From NCBI RefSeq assembly GCF_036321535.1, contig NC_087437.1, forward strand, positions 30,816,001 through 30,880,000: a stretch of 64,000 nucleotides of DNA, given 5' to 3'. The position numbers and the translations under genes are program-made. The notes under the pieces were generated by a model. The model was not told the DNA's origin and did not search any database. It worked only from the letters and a program-made list of their open reading frames with translations. Below, one piece after another: positions 52,480-64,000 of this stretch. Source of the DNA: Camelus dromedarius. Its lineage: Eukaryota. Numbering within the stretch: position 1 is the stretch's first letter; every line of letters starts with the position of its first letter.

Positions 52480-54480
52480 CACGGCGATGTCACCACGAAA
52501 CTCTTGAAAGCACTCCTGGCCTCCCCCATGACCCGCAACCTGAGATGAGGCTGCACCACCGGCGAAGAGATCCCCCCGTGACCCAGCTCTCTGGAGGCCT
52601 CCTCCTCAGGGTCACCAGCCTCTCGCAGCAGTCAAAGGCTGCGGGCCGGCGGGCCAAAGGCACGCGGGTCGCAGCTCCGGTTTTTCGCCAAGGCCCACTT
52701 TAGCGGCCAGGGTGGGGCGGGGCGCCACCGGCTCCTCCTCTCCCGCCGGGCTGCCGGGTGCGGGAGCGGGACAGGGGCAGCCAGGCTGGGCGGTGCGGTC
52801 TCCTCCCCGCCAGGGGCGGCATGACAGGAGTGGGGCGGGGCCAGACGCCGCAGGACCCTCCTCTCAGGGGCGGGCAGGCTGGGGACGCGCGGGTTTCTTC
52901 TCCGGGGGCAGGCCTCGGCGGCGGTGGGGACGGACCTGGAGGCGGGGCCAGTCGCCGAAGTCCCCACCTCCGGAGGCGGGCTTATTTGGTGGCGGCGGCA
53001 GCTGGGGGAGTGCCGGCGGCGCGGCAGCCTCGCCAAACGGGCTCTGGCTCCTCCCAGTGGCCGGCCGGGGCGGAAGCAGGAGGCGGGGGCAGCGTGCGCG
53101 CTGCTGGTCTCTTCTCCCGCGGCGCTGGGGCCCGCGCTCCGAGGCTGCTGCTCGAATCGGCGCTTCGCAGGCGGCCAGCTCTTCTCCGCGCCGCCCGCCC
53201 GCCCGCCAGCTACTCGACCAGGCCACCTTCTCAGTCCTGGCCCGTGGCGTCGACCCCACCGACCCTTTCCCGCCCCGTCTCATCTCTGGCTGCCGCCACC
53301 GCGGCCCCAGCCCCGATGGCTCTTTGCAACGGAGACTCCAAGGTCAGTCTCTGGCGTGGGGGGTCCCTGCCTCACCGCATCCGGGCGGAAGCGAGGCTCC
53401 GTGGCCCGGGAGCCACCGCGCGGGGCCCTTCCCCGCCTCCTCCCCCGAGCCCGCCAGCGCAGCCCTGCGGCCCGGGCAGCGGCGCGTCGCAGAGCCCCGG
53501 CTCGGGGCCTGTGGCATGTTTTCTTCTCGGGAGCGGCAGGTGCTTTGTTGATTTTGTCTGCGTGTCGGGGTTCCTGCGCCCGCTGAGCTCCGGGCGTCGG
53601 GGAGGGCGTCAGCTTCCCGCTGCAGCGCCCTGGCCCCCGCCTCCCCCGCGCCGCTGTGGGGCGCCGAGCCCGCGGAGCGCGGCCCGAGGTGGGGGGAGGG
53701 AGGCGAGCGTGTGTGTGTGTGTGAGTGTGAGAGAGAGTGAGGCGGGGCGGGGGGGCTTCCTCAGCCCTCGCCCCGTCCCTTCGGGATCCTTGGGGCCTTT
53801 TGTGGAGCTGCCGGGGCCCGCCGAAGGCAGGGCAGGGTCGGGGCCTCGCGTGAGGCGTTCGAGCTGCGCCGGCCTCCTCTCTTCCCGCCACCCTGTTTCC
53901 CGCCTGCCCTCGGCGAGGCTCTCCTGGTTCCCCTATGGCGCCCTTTGGGTCCGCGGTGGCGAGGCCGGCCCTTGAGGAGGCCGCGTGACTGTACCACCCA
54001 CCCCCTACTCCCGCCCCCGTCGGCGCCCTCCCCAGTCTGGGCCGGTGGCCGGAGGGTCGCTCACTTCGTTCCCCTCCCCCCATCCTTTTCCGAGGGGGTA
54101 AGCTTGTGTCCAGCCCCGCCCCCATCCCGCTCTCTCCTTTTCCGCCTTGGTTTGCGGTGGGACCCGCTCCCCGCCGCGGGGAGACCCACTCCCGGCCGCT
54201 GGCCTCCGCCACCGCGCCCCGAGGGCCGGGGAAGTCTGGAGTCCCGGGTGCGGGAGAAGTTAACTTGGTGTGCCGAGTGCGGAGAGCACGTTTGGGCCGC
54301 TGCTGCGCGTCTCCTCACCTCCAGCTCACTTTTTCTTCGTCTCGCTTCTGTATTGAGCACCTTCGCTTTCACTTGTGTTAAAATTTTCGTTGGTCTGGAG
54401 TTCTTTCAGACCCGCGCAAAATCAGTTTTGTCAGCGGGAAACTGCGCGGTTTTGAATTGCGATCTACTTAAGCGAGATGT
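52480..54480 (+). promoter_or_regulatory. GMPS CpG island, promoter and 5' UTR
   Basis: About 2 kb of very GC- and CpG-rich sequence around GMPS exon 1, with several GGGGCGGG boxes (near 52714, 52832, 52867) and an ETS core CGGAAG at 53071. Confidence 0.9.
53316..53342 (+). CDS. GMPS: GMPS (GMP synthase) coding exon 1; gene continues beyond the window
   Basis: ATG GCT CTT TGC AAC GGA GAC TCC AAG|GTCAGT = MALCNGDSK, the mammalian GMPS N-terminus. It lies in a CpG island, and GMPS is the known neighbour of SLC33A1. No exon 2 was seen in the window. Confidence 0.93.
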
Positions 54481-57240
54481 TTGGGCCTAGATTTAAGAAA
54501 TTACTGCATTACGTTTTATTCAGGTGTGTGGACTTTTAAACGTCAGGTGGAAACTGGTGTTCTGAGTCAGGCAGTAGTGCCTTTTCAGACAGTATTGTCT
54601 TAGAGGTGGTGCCTAAGTCACATCTTAGTGGGTCCTCTCCATGCGTAATTGGCTCAGTCTCTAGTAAACATTAAAAAAGTATTTGTTGAGCAAATGAGTA
54701 AAGATTATAAGGTAGTAGATGAACTCTTTTTAAACCAAGGAAACTGATGCTCAAGACTAGTTGGGGCTCTTTCTTGGGATTATACAGGTAAATGAAGATA
54801 CTTGAACCTTTAGTTTCTGACCTCAGAAGCTTACATAAACCTCAGTGTACAGCTCTTTCGTGTATACTAGTTAACTTACAAAGCAGTTTTCTTCTTTCCT
54901 TAATTTGGAGCCTTAAAGTCATTGAAAAGATTCCTCTTTGTGCTGGTAGAGGAAATGACCTTGTTATTACGAGGGCTCAAACCTAATTTACAGACTGAAA
55001 AATATGTGCTGATTTGAAAACAGTGTTTTCATATTAAATGACAGCAGAAAGTTAAAGATTCAGTTTTCTGAATCTTAAAACTCAGATTGAGTTTATGAGT
55101 CAGGCGTATAGAACACATACTGTTTTCCATAGTTGGTAGTTTTTTTGTTTGTTCGACTTGAATTTTAAAGAGAATCTTCATCAGTTTGATATATTTGAGC
55201 CTCAGGTGATTTGCTGATTAACTTATATTTATTTCAAGGTCCTTTATTTTGTAGCATGCCTCTCTTTTTTTTGACCATACTAATAATTGAAAACCGAACT
55301 GAAAGCATTTTCAAGAGAAGCAATACAGGGAAATAACATTTTGTCAAATCTGTGATTATTTCATGTATTCCTAAGGAGGAAAAATAAACCTTATGATTAA
55401 ACAATGATTAATTACAAGAAGCATTCCAAGTGAAGAGATGTTTAAAATGGGACATGCAGAGTAAAGTAGGTGAAGTAAGATATGAAAGGTCCACCTGGAA
55501 ATCTGAGTAGGCATCTGTTTTCCATACCTTACCACAGAGCCACCTTTTCCTCTGGCGTGAAATACAAGTACCAGACCCAAGATTACTTTGTACATCTGTT
55601 GTGCCTCTGACAGTTGTAGTAAATCCTAGTTGATAAATTAAGGTGAGGAAAGAGCTGATTTTGAATTTCCGTATGTTTCAGTATTTTTCAGGATTTTCTG
55701 AAATGACATTTCTGTGTGATAGAAATTAGGGAGAAACCTACCTAAATTCTGTAAAAACATTTGGGTTGTTTTCATTAGTTTTATCCACAGAGTGTCATTT
55801 AGATCTGGAAAGGACCTTTATGTGTTTCTGCTTCCTAAGCTGGAAAAACAGCTGGTGTTAGAACCTGGCTTTTCTTTTTCTTCAGGAGTACTTTGGTTAA
55901 CCATCTAAGGTAGAGATTATTGTTTCCTTAAAGAGCTGAAATGATGTTATTTAGTTAAAGTCTTCATATAGAGAGCATAGACAGGTTTTCTTTAAAAAAA
56001 TTTTGAAACTTTTCATTATTTTGTATGAATATAGCAACTATTAGATGTATTTTGTATGTATATAGCAAATATTAGACATACCGGCTTTTTTCAGTTTTAT
56101 TAAGGCAAGATTATGAGAGTAATGTTCTTTGGGCTACTTGTCAAGTTTACCACCTTTGGCCCCATCTAAGCCTTAGACGCTTTTGGTTGGAGTAGAGGTA
56201 GGACCTGCCTGCCCCACCACCTTCACTGAGATGTTGACTAGGATATATCATACTTGGATTAAAGGTTTTTTAAAAAAATACCTGTTGATTACATGTGATA
56301 TAGGATCTTTAATGACATCTAATGTTGAAAATCAAGATTTGCCATTTTAAAATTTATTTTTGAATTGAATGGAAAGATGACCTGAGATTTTTAGGGATGC
56401 ATTGAGAATTGACAACTGTCCTTTTATGATAACCCTATAGTACCTTTTTTCCAAAGGTCAAAGATGAATTTTTTTCCCTCCAGATTTTGTTCCATCTGTT
56501 AAGATATTCATCTAGAATGGAAGAGCTGTTACAGACAAAAGGAATGGTTTTTATTGTTTTCTGTTCTTAGACTTGAAAGGTTTTGAAATTCTTCCGGGAG
56601 CCTCAGATGACCTTGTCTTTAGCATGGTCCAACTTGTCACTTAAGGAAAATAATTGTCTTTTAAGAATTAAAAAAAGTACATATGTGTCCTATACTCATT
56701 CATATGTGTTTGATACTTTTCTAAAGCTATTTAATGAATTATATTTTAAAGGATGCTGTTTGAAATAATGAATAATTATTTGCTATCCACAACGATGAAA
56801 TTTTCCTCTGTTACGGTACTTGAGCTGTTTTCATGCTTCTTTCTAACTTAAACTCTGTTTAGATGCTCAAAATGAATGAAGTCCTCAGGATTAATACATG
56901 ATTTTGAAGTACTTTGTGAATCAACAAAAAAGTAATTGCTTCAGAGAATTTAGAATCTTTGTGTATCACATATATAGTTCTAGGTTGTGTAGAATATTCT
57001 TTTTTTTCCATGCTTATTGTGGAATAGAGTTTTTTGTATTTATTTATGAGTCACAGCAGTTCAAAAAATAGCTTTACTATAATGATAGTCTCATATTAGT
57101 TGGTTTTCTCGTTGGCCAACCCTTGCCATCCCTTTGGGTTCATGGTTTTGAGGACCTAGGAGATGCTTTATGTAGTTAGGACAATACACTCCTTAATATA
57201 GTCCACTACAACTTGATAGGAATAAGGTGTTTGGTTATAG

Positions 57241-57933
57241 TACGGTGACCATGTACTCTTTGCCTAAACTGGGGCACTTAAGCATAAAAGGAGGTGCTAA
57301 AAATAATTTAAATTTATATTTGCTGTAAAATGCTACCAAACGAAATACATAATTGGATTTATACAATATAGCAAACAAATACTTGGCAGGACTTATGTAG
57401 CATGAGTGTTCAGATTACTCTCTTCGTACATTATGCACAGGAACACACAATCTCTTTCCTGTATGTATTTCACAAACACCTTACATATCCCACCAACCCA
57501 GCAGATAAAGACCTGGAGGTTTTGTGCTGAGGAATGGCTGTGGCACAACTGGCTGGTATACCAAGTGGCTGCCCTGGACAGCAGCGTCTAACATTTTTCT
57601 GTCAGCACCCATGACTGGATAGAGTAGCTAACCCTAATTGCCAGTGTCCAAGTGTACTTCATTTTATCTGGAAAAGATCACAAAAGAGAGATGGGTTCTC
57701 TCTGGTTGGCTTTCACTACACCTGCACTCCACAGAGTACCAGGCAAACCCATGGTAGAAGGTGAAAGTATAAAGTGGAAATGTAACAAGCCCATTTTATC
57801 TTACTCTAACGCAGTTATTCATAATATGTTAAAAAATGAAAAACGTGAGACAGATGTTAAGTTGGGTAGGATGTGGGAATAACAGTTGTAAATTAGGACA
57901 GTCCTATGCCAACTGGGCCATATGGTCACTCCA
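57241..57933. mobile_element. hAT (Blackjack-like) non-autonomous DNA transposon
   Basis: Inverted ends TACGGTGACCAT... and ...ATGGTCACTCCA; flanking GTTATAG / GTTGTAG. Confidence 0.6.
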
Positions 57934-58509
57934 GTTGTAGAGTACGTATTATTTTGCATTTCGATCTTCATCTCTAGTGATGTGTATTTAAAATTTGGCT
58001 AAAATACAAGCCTAATGTGTATACATTAAAATAGTTTTATTTTTAAATTAGTAACTGTGCTAAGAGAGTTATTTTAAAATTCTCAAAAGTTGAGTGTCAA
58101 ATTAGTTGCTTTCCAAAGTTTGAAAACCAGCAGTGTTGAAATTGATCAAAAGGTAATATAATCTGCCCTAGTCTACCATAACAATTGCAGAGAATGTTTT
58201 GAAACCTTTAAAACTGGCTGGACGTGTAAAATTCTCTGTTTCTCCTGTTTGTCAACAGGAAATAAAGAATCCTTTTTATTATCAAAACTCTTGGAGACTT
58301 ATTATGTAAATTTAACTTCACCTTGTCTGTAATTTGGAAAACTAATATTAGTAATCCTTATCTTCTGAGTTTCATTGTGAATGTAAATCTAGGACTCCAG
58401 AATTCTAAAATCCACTTTGGACAAATTTGGGGTGAACAATCCCTAATCAATTTGGGAGATTTTAGATGAATAAAAATAGTTGTAGGTAGGTCATTGTTTT
58501 GATACATTA

Positions 58510-60080
58510 TTGATAATAGTGAAACTTTTTTTATGCTATGATTTTTTTCCCACTTTAACGTTTTATGAAAAATTTCAGACAAGTTAAAAAGAAATTTTAG
58601 TCAACATCTGTGTTCACCACCTCGATTTTACCATTCACTTTTCCTAAAGATTTTTATATTAGCTTAATTGAGATGTAATTCATATACCATAAAATTCTCC
58701 TTTTAAAGGGTACAATTCAGCAGTTCTTGGTATAGTCACAGATTTCTACAGCCATTACCACAGTCAATTTTAGAGCATTCTCATCACCCCTAGAAGAAAT
58801 CCTGTACCCTTTAGCAATCAGTCCTCATTGTCCCCCACCTGCTGCACCCTCCCAGCCCTAGGCAATACTAATCTTTTTCTGTCTCTCTAGATTTGCCTAT
58901 TATGAACATTTTATATAACTATAATCTTACAATATGTGGTCTCTTGTGACTAGCTTTTTTTTACTTAGCATAAATGCTTTCAAAGTTCATCAAACCGGTA
59001 GCATGTATAAGTACCTCATTTTTATTGGCAAATAATATTCCATTGTATGGCTATAGCACCTTTTATTTATCCATTCATCAGTTGATGGATATTGGATTGT
59101 TTACATTCTTTGGCTATTATGGATAATGTTGCTATGAATATTCCTGTACAGGTTTTTTTGGGGGGAGGTGAGATATGGTTATTTATTTATTTACTTGTTT
59201 ATTTTTAGAGGTGGTACTGAGGATTGAACCCAGGATCTTGTGCATGTTAAGCATGCACTCTACCACTTGAGCTATACTCTCCCCTTCTTGTATAGGTGTT
59301 TGTATAGAGATAAATTTTCATTTCTTGTGGGTATATAGCTAGGAGTAGAATTGCTGGGTCATGTGCTCTAATTCTTTGTTTAACCTTTGGTGAATTGTCA
59401 GACTGTTTTCCAAAGTTGTTTTCCTACAACCGTACTAAATTTATTTATTCTAGTAGTATTTTAATGGAACTTACAGGATTTTATTTATGTAAGATCATGT
59501 CATCTGCAAATAGAGATAGTTTTACTTTTTCCTTTCCACTCTAGGTACTTCTAATTTCATTTTCTTGCTTAATTACCCTGGCTAATATGTCTACTTCATT
59601 TCTGAATAGAAATTAGGTAAGGGCAGAAATTCTTGTTCCTGATCTTAGTGGGGAAAAAGCAGTTAGTTTTTCATCACTAAATGTGATGTTAGCTGTGGGT
59701 TTTTCAAAGATGCCCTTTATCAGAGTGAGGGAGTTTCCTTTCATTCTTAGTTTGTGGATTGTCTTTTATGAAAAGATATTGGATTTTGACAAATACTTTT
59801 TTCTACATATATTCAGATGATTATATGGTTTTTGTTCTTAATTGTATTAATTGATAAATTAGATTAATTGATTTTTAGATATTAAGTCAAATTTGCATTC
59901 CTGGGATAAATCTCTCTTGGTAATGATGTATAATCCTTTTTTATATGTTGCTGAATTTGACTTGTTAATTTTGTTGATTTTCACGTCTACATTCATAGGC
60001 AATAATGGCTTGGAGTTTTCTTATAATGTCTTTGGTTTTGGTGTCAGGACAATTCTGACCTCATAGAATGAATTGGGATA
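58510..60080 (-). mobile_element. L1M fragments (3' UTR and ORF2 pieces)
   Basis: ATCATGTCATCTGCAAATAGAGATAGTTTTAC, TGATGTTAGCTGTGGGTTTT and TTGCATTCCTGGGATAAAT motifs. Confidence 0.85.
59156..59284 (-). mobile_element. Vic-1-like SINE inside an L1
   Basis: Same consensus; imperfect TSD TTCCTGTACAGGT / TTCTTGTATAGGT. Confidence 0.85.
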
Positions 60081-60385
60081 CCATTCACTTTTTACTAAAT
60101 TTGCTTTATGTGATCAGTTTTTGGAGTCGGACCCTTGGTTACATTTTGGTGGGCCATTTTCATATTGCTGCACAAGACTTAGAGCATTCGGCTGAAGAAG
60201 ATAGTTCTTTTGGAGGTAGTTGCTATACTTTGAATGGATATAGCTTGAGTTAGACTGAACATTTTTAGGAATAAAGTTTTAATGGGTGATTAATCAGTCC
60301 ATTTAAGTGGATTTAACTTGATGGACTTTGGTTTTGAAACAAGAGTGGCTCATAGGTTTGAATGAGTGTTGGCTTTGTTATTGAC

Positions 60386-60431
60386 ACCATGACCATCCAG
60401 TGTTACTGACCATGACCATCCAGTGCTCCTG
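60386..60431. repeat. Tandem duplication, 2 x 23 nt
   Basis: ACCATGACCATCCAGTGTTACTG followed by ACCATGACCATCCAGTGCTCCTG. Confidence 0.85.
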
Positions 60432-60519
60432 AAGGCTGAGGGTAACAGTTACTTATTGTAGCATTGCCTTTTAGTTTGTGGAGAGAAATGGTAGTTTGAA
60501 AAAGTCACTAATAAGTGAT

Positions 60520-61500
60520 TTTTTTTTTTTTACTTATTTGTATAGAGGTAAACTGTACATATAGTGAAGTGCACAGATCTTTAAGTGTACAATTTGACTT
60601 GTGACAAATATATATATATATAACTCATGTAACCACCACCCCAATCAAGATATAGAACATTTCCATCACTCCCAAATTTCCATCATGCCCCTTGACAGTC
60701 GGCCCCTCCACTTCTCCAGCAGCAACCACTGTTCTGATTTCTATATCCATACATCAGTTTTGTCTGTTTTTGAATTATGTATCAGTAGAATCACACAATG
60801 ATTTTGGCTTTTATTCAACACAGTATTTTTGAGATTTATCCATGTTGTGTGTATCAGTTGTTCATTTTTATTGTTATGTAGTGTTCCACATAGATATGCC
60901 AGAGTTTATTTATGCATTCACATGTTGATGGCCATTTGGATTGTTCTCAGTTTTTGTGGACATAGGTGTTCATGTCTCTTGTATAAATACCTAGGAGTGA
61001 AATTGCTGGATCAGAGGATAATCCTTAATAGGTTTGGTATTTCCCATTTCCTCCAGCTTGGAATATTTAGACTGTAGTAATAGGCTCCTTGATGCCTGGA
61101 AGAGATAAACCTTGGTGTAGTAGAACAAACTTATAAAAAGTTCTATTATAATATTTTATGCTTAAGGATATTTTTAAAAGTATCTTGCTCAGCTGTATTT
61201 TAATGAAAATAGTATATGGTTTGTACACAAATAAGCTCCTTTTAGATAGGTTTATAAAAACCAAGAGAAATGAACCACTACTTTATTTGATAGTAGCAAT
61301 TTTAATTTTAAATTTGTATATATATATTTTTATCGAAGTACAGTCAGCTTACAATGTTGTGTCAGTTTCTGATGTACAGGATGCTTCAGTCATACGTATA
61401 CATACATATGTTTGTTTTCATATCCTTTTTCACTGTAGATTACTGTGAGATATTGAATATAGTTTCCTGTGCTATGCGGTATGAACTTGTTTATCTGTGA
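60520..61500 (-). mobile_element. L1 3' fragments
   Basis: GTAACCACCACCCCAATCAAGATATAGAACATTTCCATCAC, plus a younger 3' end at about 61325-61495. Confidence 0.75.
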
Positions 61501-61871
61501 ATTTTAAATTAAAAAATAATTTGACAATAAAACTGATGAAAATAAATAGAACTTGAAGCATTCTGGATTTAATAACATTAGATGTTTTGAACAACCTTAG
61601 CATTGGTGCAGTATCTTCACATGAAAGTTGTTTTCAGGTTATTTGGTAAGAAAATTTCTATCAGTTTGTTTGTGAGGCATATTACCCTGTCTCCTGTGGT
61701 GCCTCTTGAGTTCACCAGGCCTAGCTTTTCAAGAGTTTATTTAGTAGTGCCCCTATGTGGTTTCTCTTCACTGTTGTTTTTCCTTCATTAGTTACCTCCT
61801 TAAAAAAAAGAGGTAAGTATACAATTATATTTTAATCACTAAAGCTAAATATTCAGTGTACTGTGTGTATA

Positions 61872-62003
61872 TATATACATATTTTTTTTTTTTTTTGAGG
61901 TAGGAGATAATTAGGTTTATTTATTTATTTTTTAGAGGAGATACTGGGAATTGAAACCAGGACCTCAGGCATGGGCTCTAGCACTTGAGCTGTACCCTCC
62001 CCC
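61872..62003 (-). mobile_element. Vic-1-like SINE
   Basis: Same consensus with poly(T) on the plus strand; flanking TGTGTGTA repeats. Confidence 0.83.
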
Positions 62004-62089
62004 TGTGTGTAATGTATATTTTGAAGTTGAGGGAGGTCACAGAAAACTAAGCATAATAATAACCATTTTGTACAATTTGCCCTACATTA

Positions 62090-62116
62090 TTTTTTGGAGG
62101 GGGGTAAGTAATTAGA

Positions 62117-62163
<47 letters not shown>

Positions 62164-62252
62164 GTGTATTTATAGAGGCAATACTGGTGATTGAACGCAG
62201 GACCTCATACATGCTAAGCATGCACTCTACCACTTGAACTATACCCTCCCCC
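62090..62252 (-). mobile_element. Vic-1-like SINE containing a (TG)n microsatellite
   Basis: Same consensus; (TG)n at about 62119-62154; TSD TGCCCTACATT. Confidence 0.85.
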
Positions 62253-64000
62253 ACTGCCCTACATTCTTATGTATTTGTTATATATGGCCAGAGAAAGCAG
62301 AATTACAATTTGTTATTGATTCATAACCTGCCATGGATACTTTGGTGTTAGATGGTTCTTTGAACTTTCACTTAGGTAGTATTAGAAACATTTTCAGAAA
62401 GACGTGATGCTAATTTCATGCCCAGGAGTTTGTGGTTGAACTCAGCTGAGCTCCACCGCTCTCATCGTTTTCAATGAGTAAGTAGGCTCATGGTGCTTTC
62501 ATAATAATGGCAGAAGTACAGGAGACAAGTGGAAGCATTAAGATGGCTTAAGACTTGGCACAGTATCACTTCTGCCTGCGTTACATTGGTCATAGCAGGT
62601 CTCATGGTTGAGCCCAGTGTCAAGAGTGAGGAAATATATTCTGCTTATAATAGGACAAACTGCAAAGTGACTTGACAAAAGGCATGTACATAGGAAACAG
62701 TGAAGAATAGTGTAGTCTCTTATATATGGAAAATTAAAAATACCTACAAATAGAGCAAAGACTATAATGTCCTCATCATTCAGCTTAGCAGTTACAAACA
62801 TGTGGTTAATATTCCTTCATATATGTTTACTTAGTGCCTTAGTAAGTTAAATGTGTCTGATCTATTTTTGTAGGTTAAGATTGGTCATTTGATTCAGGGC
62901 ATTGCTGTCTTATCCATCCATTGTCAAATGCCTCATCAGTCTTTTACCTAATGATTTTAATAGCTAATATCTAATTCAGTGCTTCTCACAGATCTGCAAT
63001 AAATAACCAGTTTTTAAAAAATTCCAATCCACCATAACTACTGTTTTTGTAAAATACCTTTTTAGATATTTATAATTAAAAAATCTAATGCAGAGAATAA
63101 AAGCCCTAAATTTTTATTACAGATTCAAGGAAATAAAATTACTCTCTCAACTTGTTTTATAAGTTTATAAATGCTTATATAAAACTTATGTACATTTTCC
63201 TATTATGGACTGGTGACAGTTTGCAGACCAGCACTGGTCCTTTTGTGGACCACAGTAACTTAGATCCATTATTTTATAAGAGATTGCAAAGTGGTGATAT
63301 TCTAATTCTGTTTTTTCTGGAACTGTTATAAAGAACTTTCTCTCATTAACCCTATGGTTACTTGTGGCAGAGTTGATACTAAAAAAGCAGAATGTATACT
63401 TGATTCCTTCCCATAACTTTCACAAATTTGGTTCATAGTTTTTTCAAGTTCTATTAACTCATCATTATTTTCAATAAAGTATAGTTCAGGCACATGTGAC
63501 AGTTGAAAGGGCAAGATATAGAATGGAGATTGGGATTATGAAGTATAATAGTAGCATCTTGAAAAATGGACTGTGTGCTGAATACCTGTAAAACTGACAT
63601 TCTACTGCTTAAACTATAGTTTTTCTTACGGAAAAAAGTATAGATCTCTTCTAAGCTAAAACTAATTCTTAAACGTGTTTTAGGAATAGTGATTTTATAA
63701 GAGAGGCAAAATTGAAGCTCTTCACAAACTCAGTATATTTAAAGAGATAGCCCTTTGATTATCTTTCATCTCTGCTTGAAAAGTGTTGTCATCTGAGGTC
63801 ATACTGATAGTATGAGGTGATGAACTGAAGGGAGGCTAAAACTGTATTTCTGTTTCTTTGTTTGCTTCTTTGCAAGGAACCTTTGGTTCTATAGTGTCGT
63901 GTAGCCCATTCAATCCAAGGCAGTATTTTTTGTTAAAATAATAGACCTCAGCCACAATTAGAATGCAGAGTCAGTCAGGAAAACTAAAGGTTAACATAAA

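Noticed and set aside
36505..53316. Shared bidirectional promoter for SLC33A1 and GMPS
   Set aside because: The starts are about 16.8 kb apart, and each gene has its own CpG island.
52632..54490. Long overlapping ORFs (405, 310, 279, 220 and 181 aa) in the GMPS island
   Set aside because: These are low-complexity Pro/Arg/Gly/Ala ORFs caused by stop-codon scarcity in GC-rich DNA. Only MALCNGDSK is recognisable, and it is followed by a splice donor.
60386..60431. Direct repeats as a CRISPR-like array (also 19701-19740 and 15778-15805)
   Set aside because: Each has only two adjacent copies with no spacers, and the context is mammalian; these are simple local duplications.

Overview
This is mammalian genomic DNA, most likely from a camelid, judged from about nine Vic-1-like tRNA-derived SINEs. 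It contains the complete six-exon SLC33A1 (AT-1, ER acetyl-CoA transporter) coding region on the minus strand (ATG at 36505, stop at 15125-15127, 1653 nt, 550 aa, all introns GT-AG). About 16.8 kb away and divergently oriented lie the CpG-island promoter and first coding exon of GMPS (53316-53342; the rest lies beyond the window). SLC33A1 intron 1 holds a frameshifted processed pseudogene of ATP5MF (ATP5J2). The remainder is ERV and MaLR LTRs, L1/L2/MIR fragments, SINEs and DNA-transposon fossils. I found no convincing undescribed multi-gene system. The best leads are a perfect ERSE (CCAAT-N9-CCACG) in the SLC33A1 promoter, a strong CTCF motif between the two promoters, a candidate alternative terminal exon of SLC33A1, a 5'-half tRNA-Glu retrocopy and a short unidentified poly(A)-tailed insert beside exon 4. 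Repeat family names and comparisons to known proteins are from memory, not database searches.
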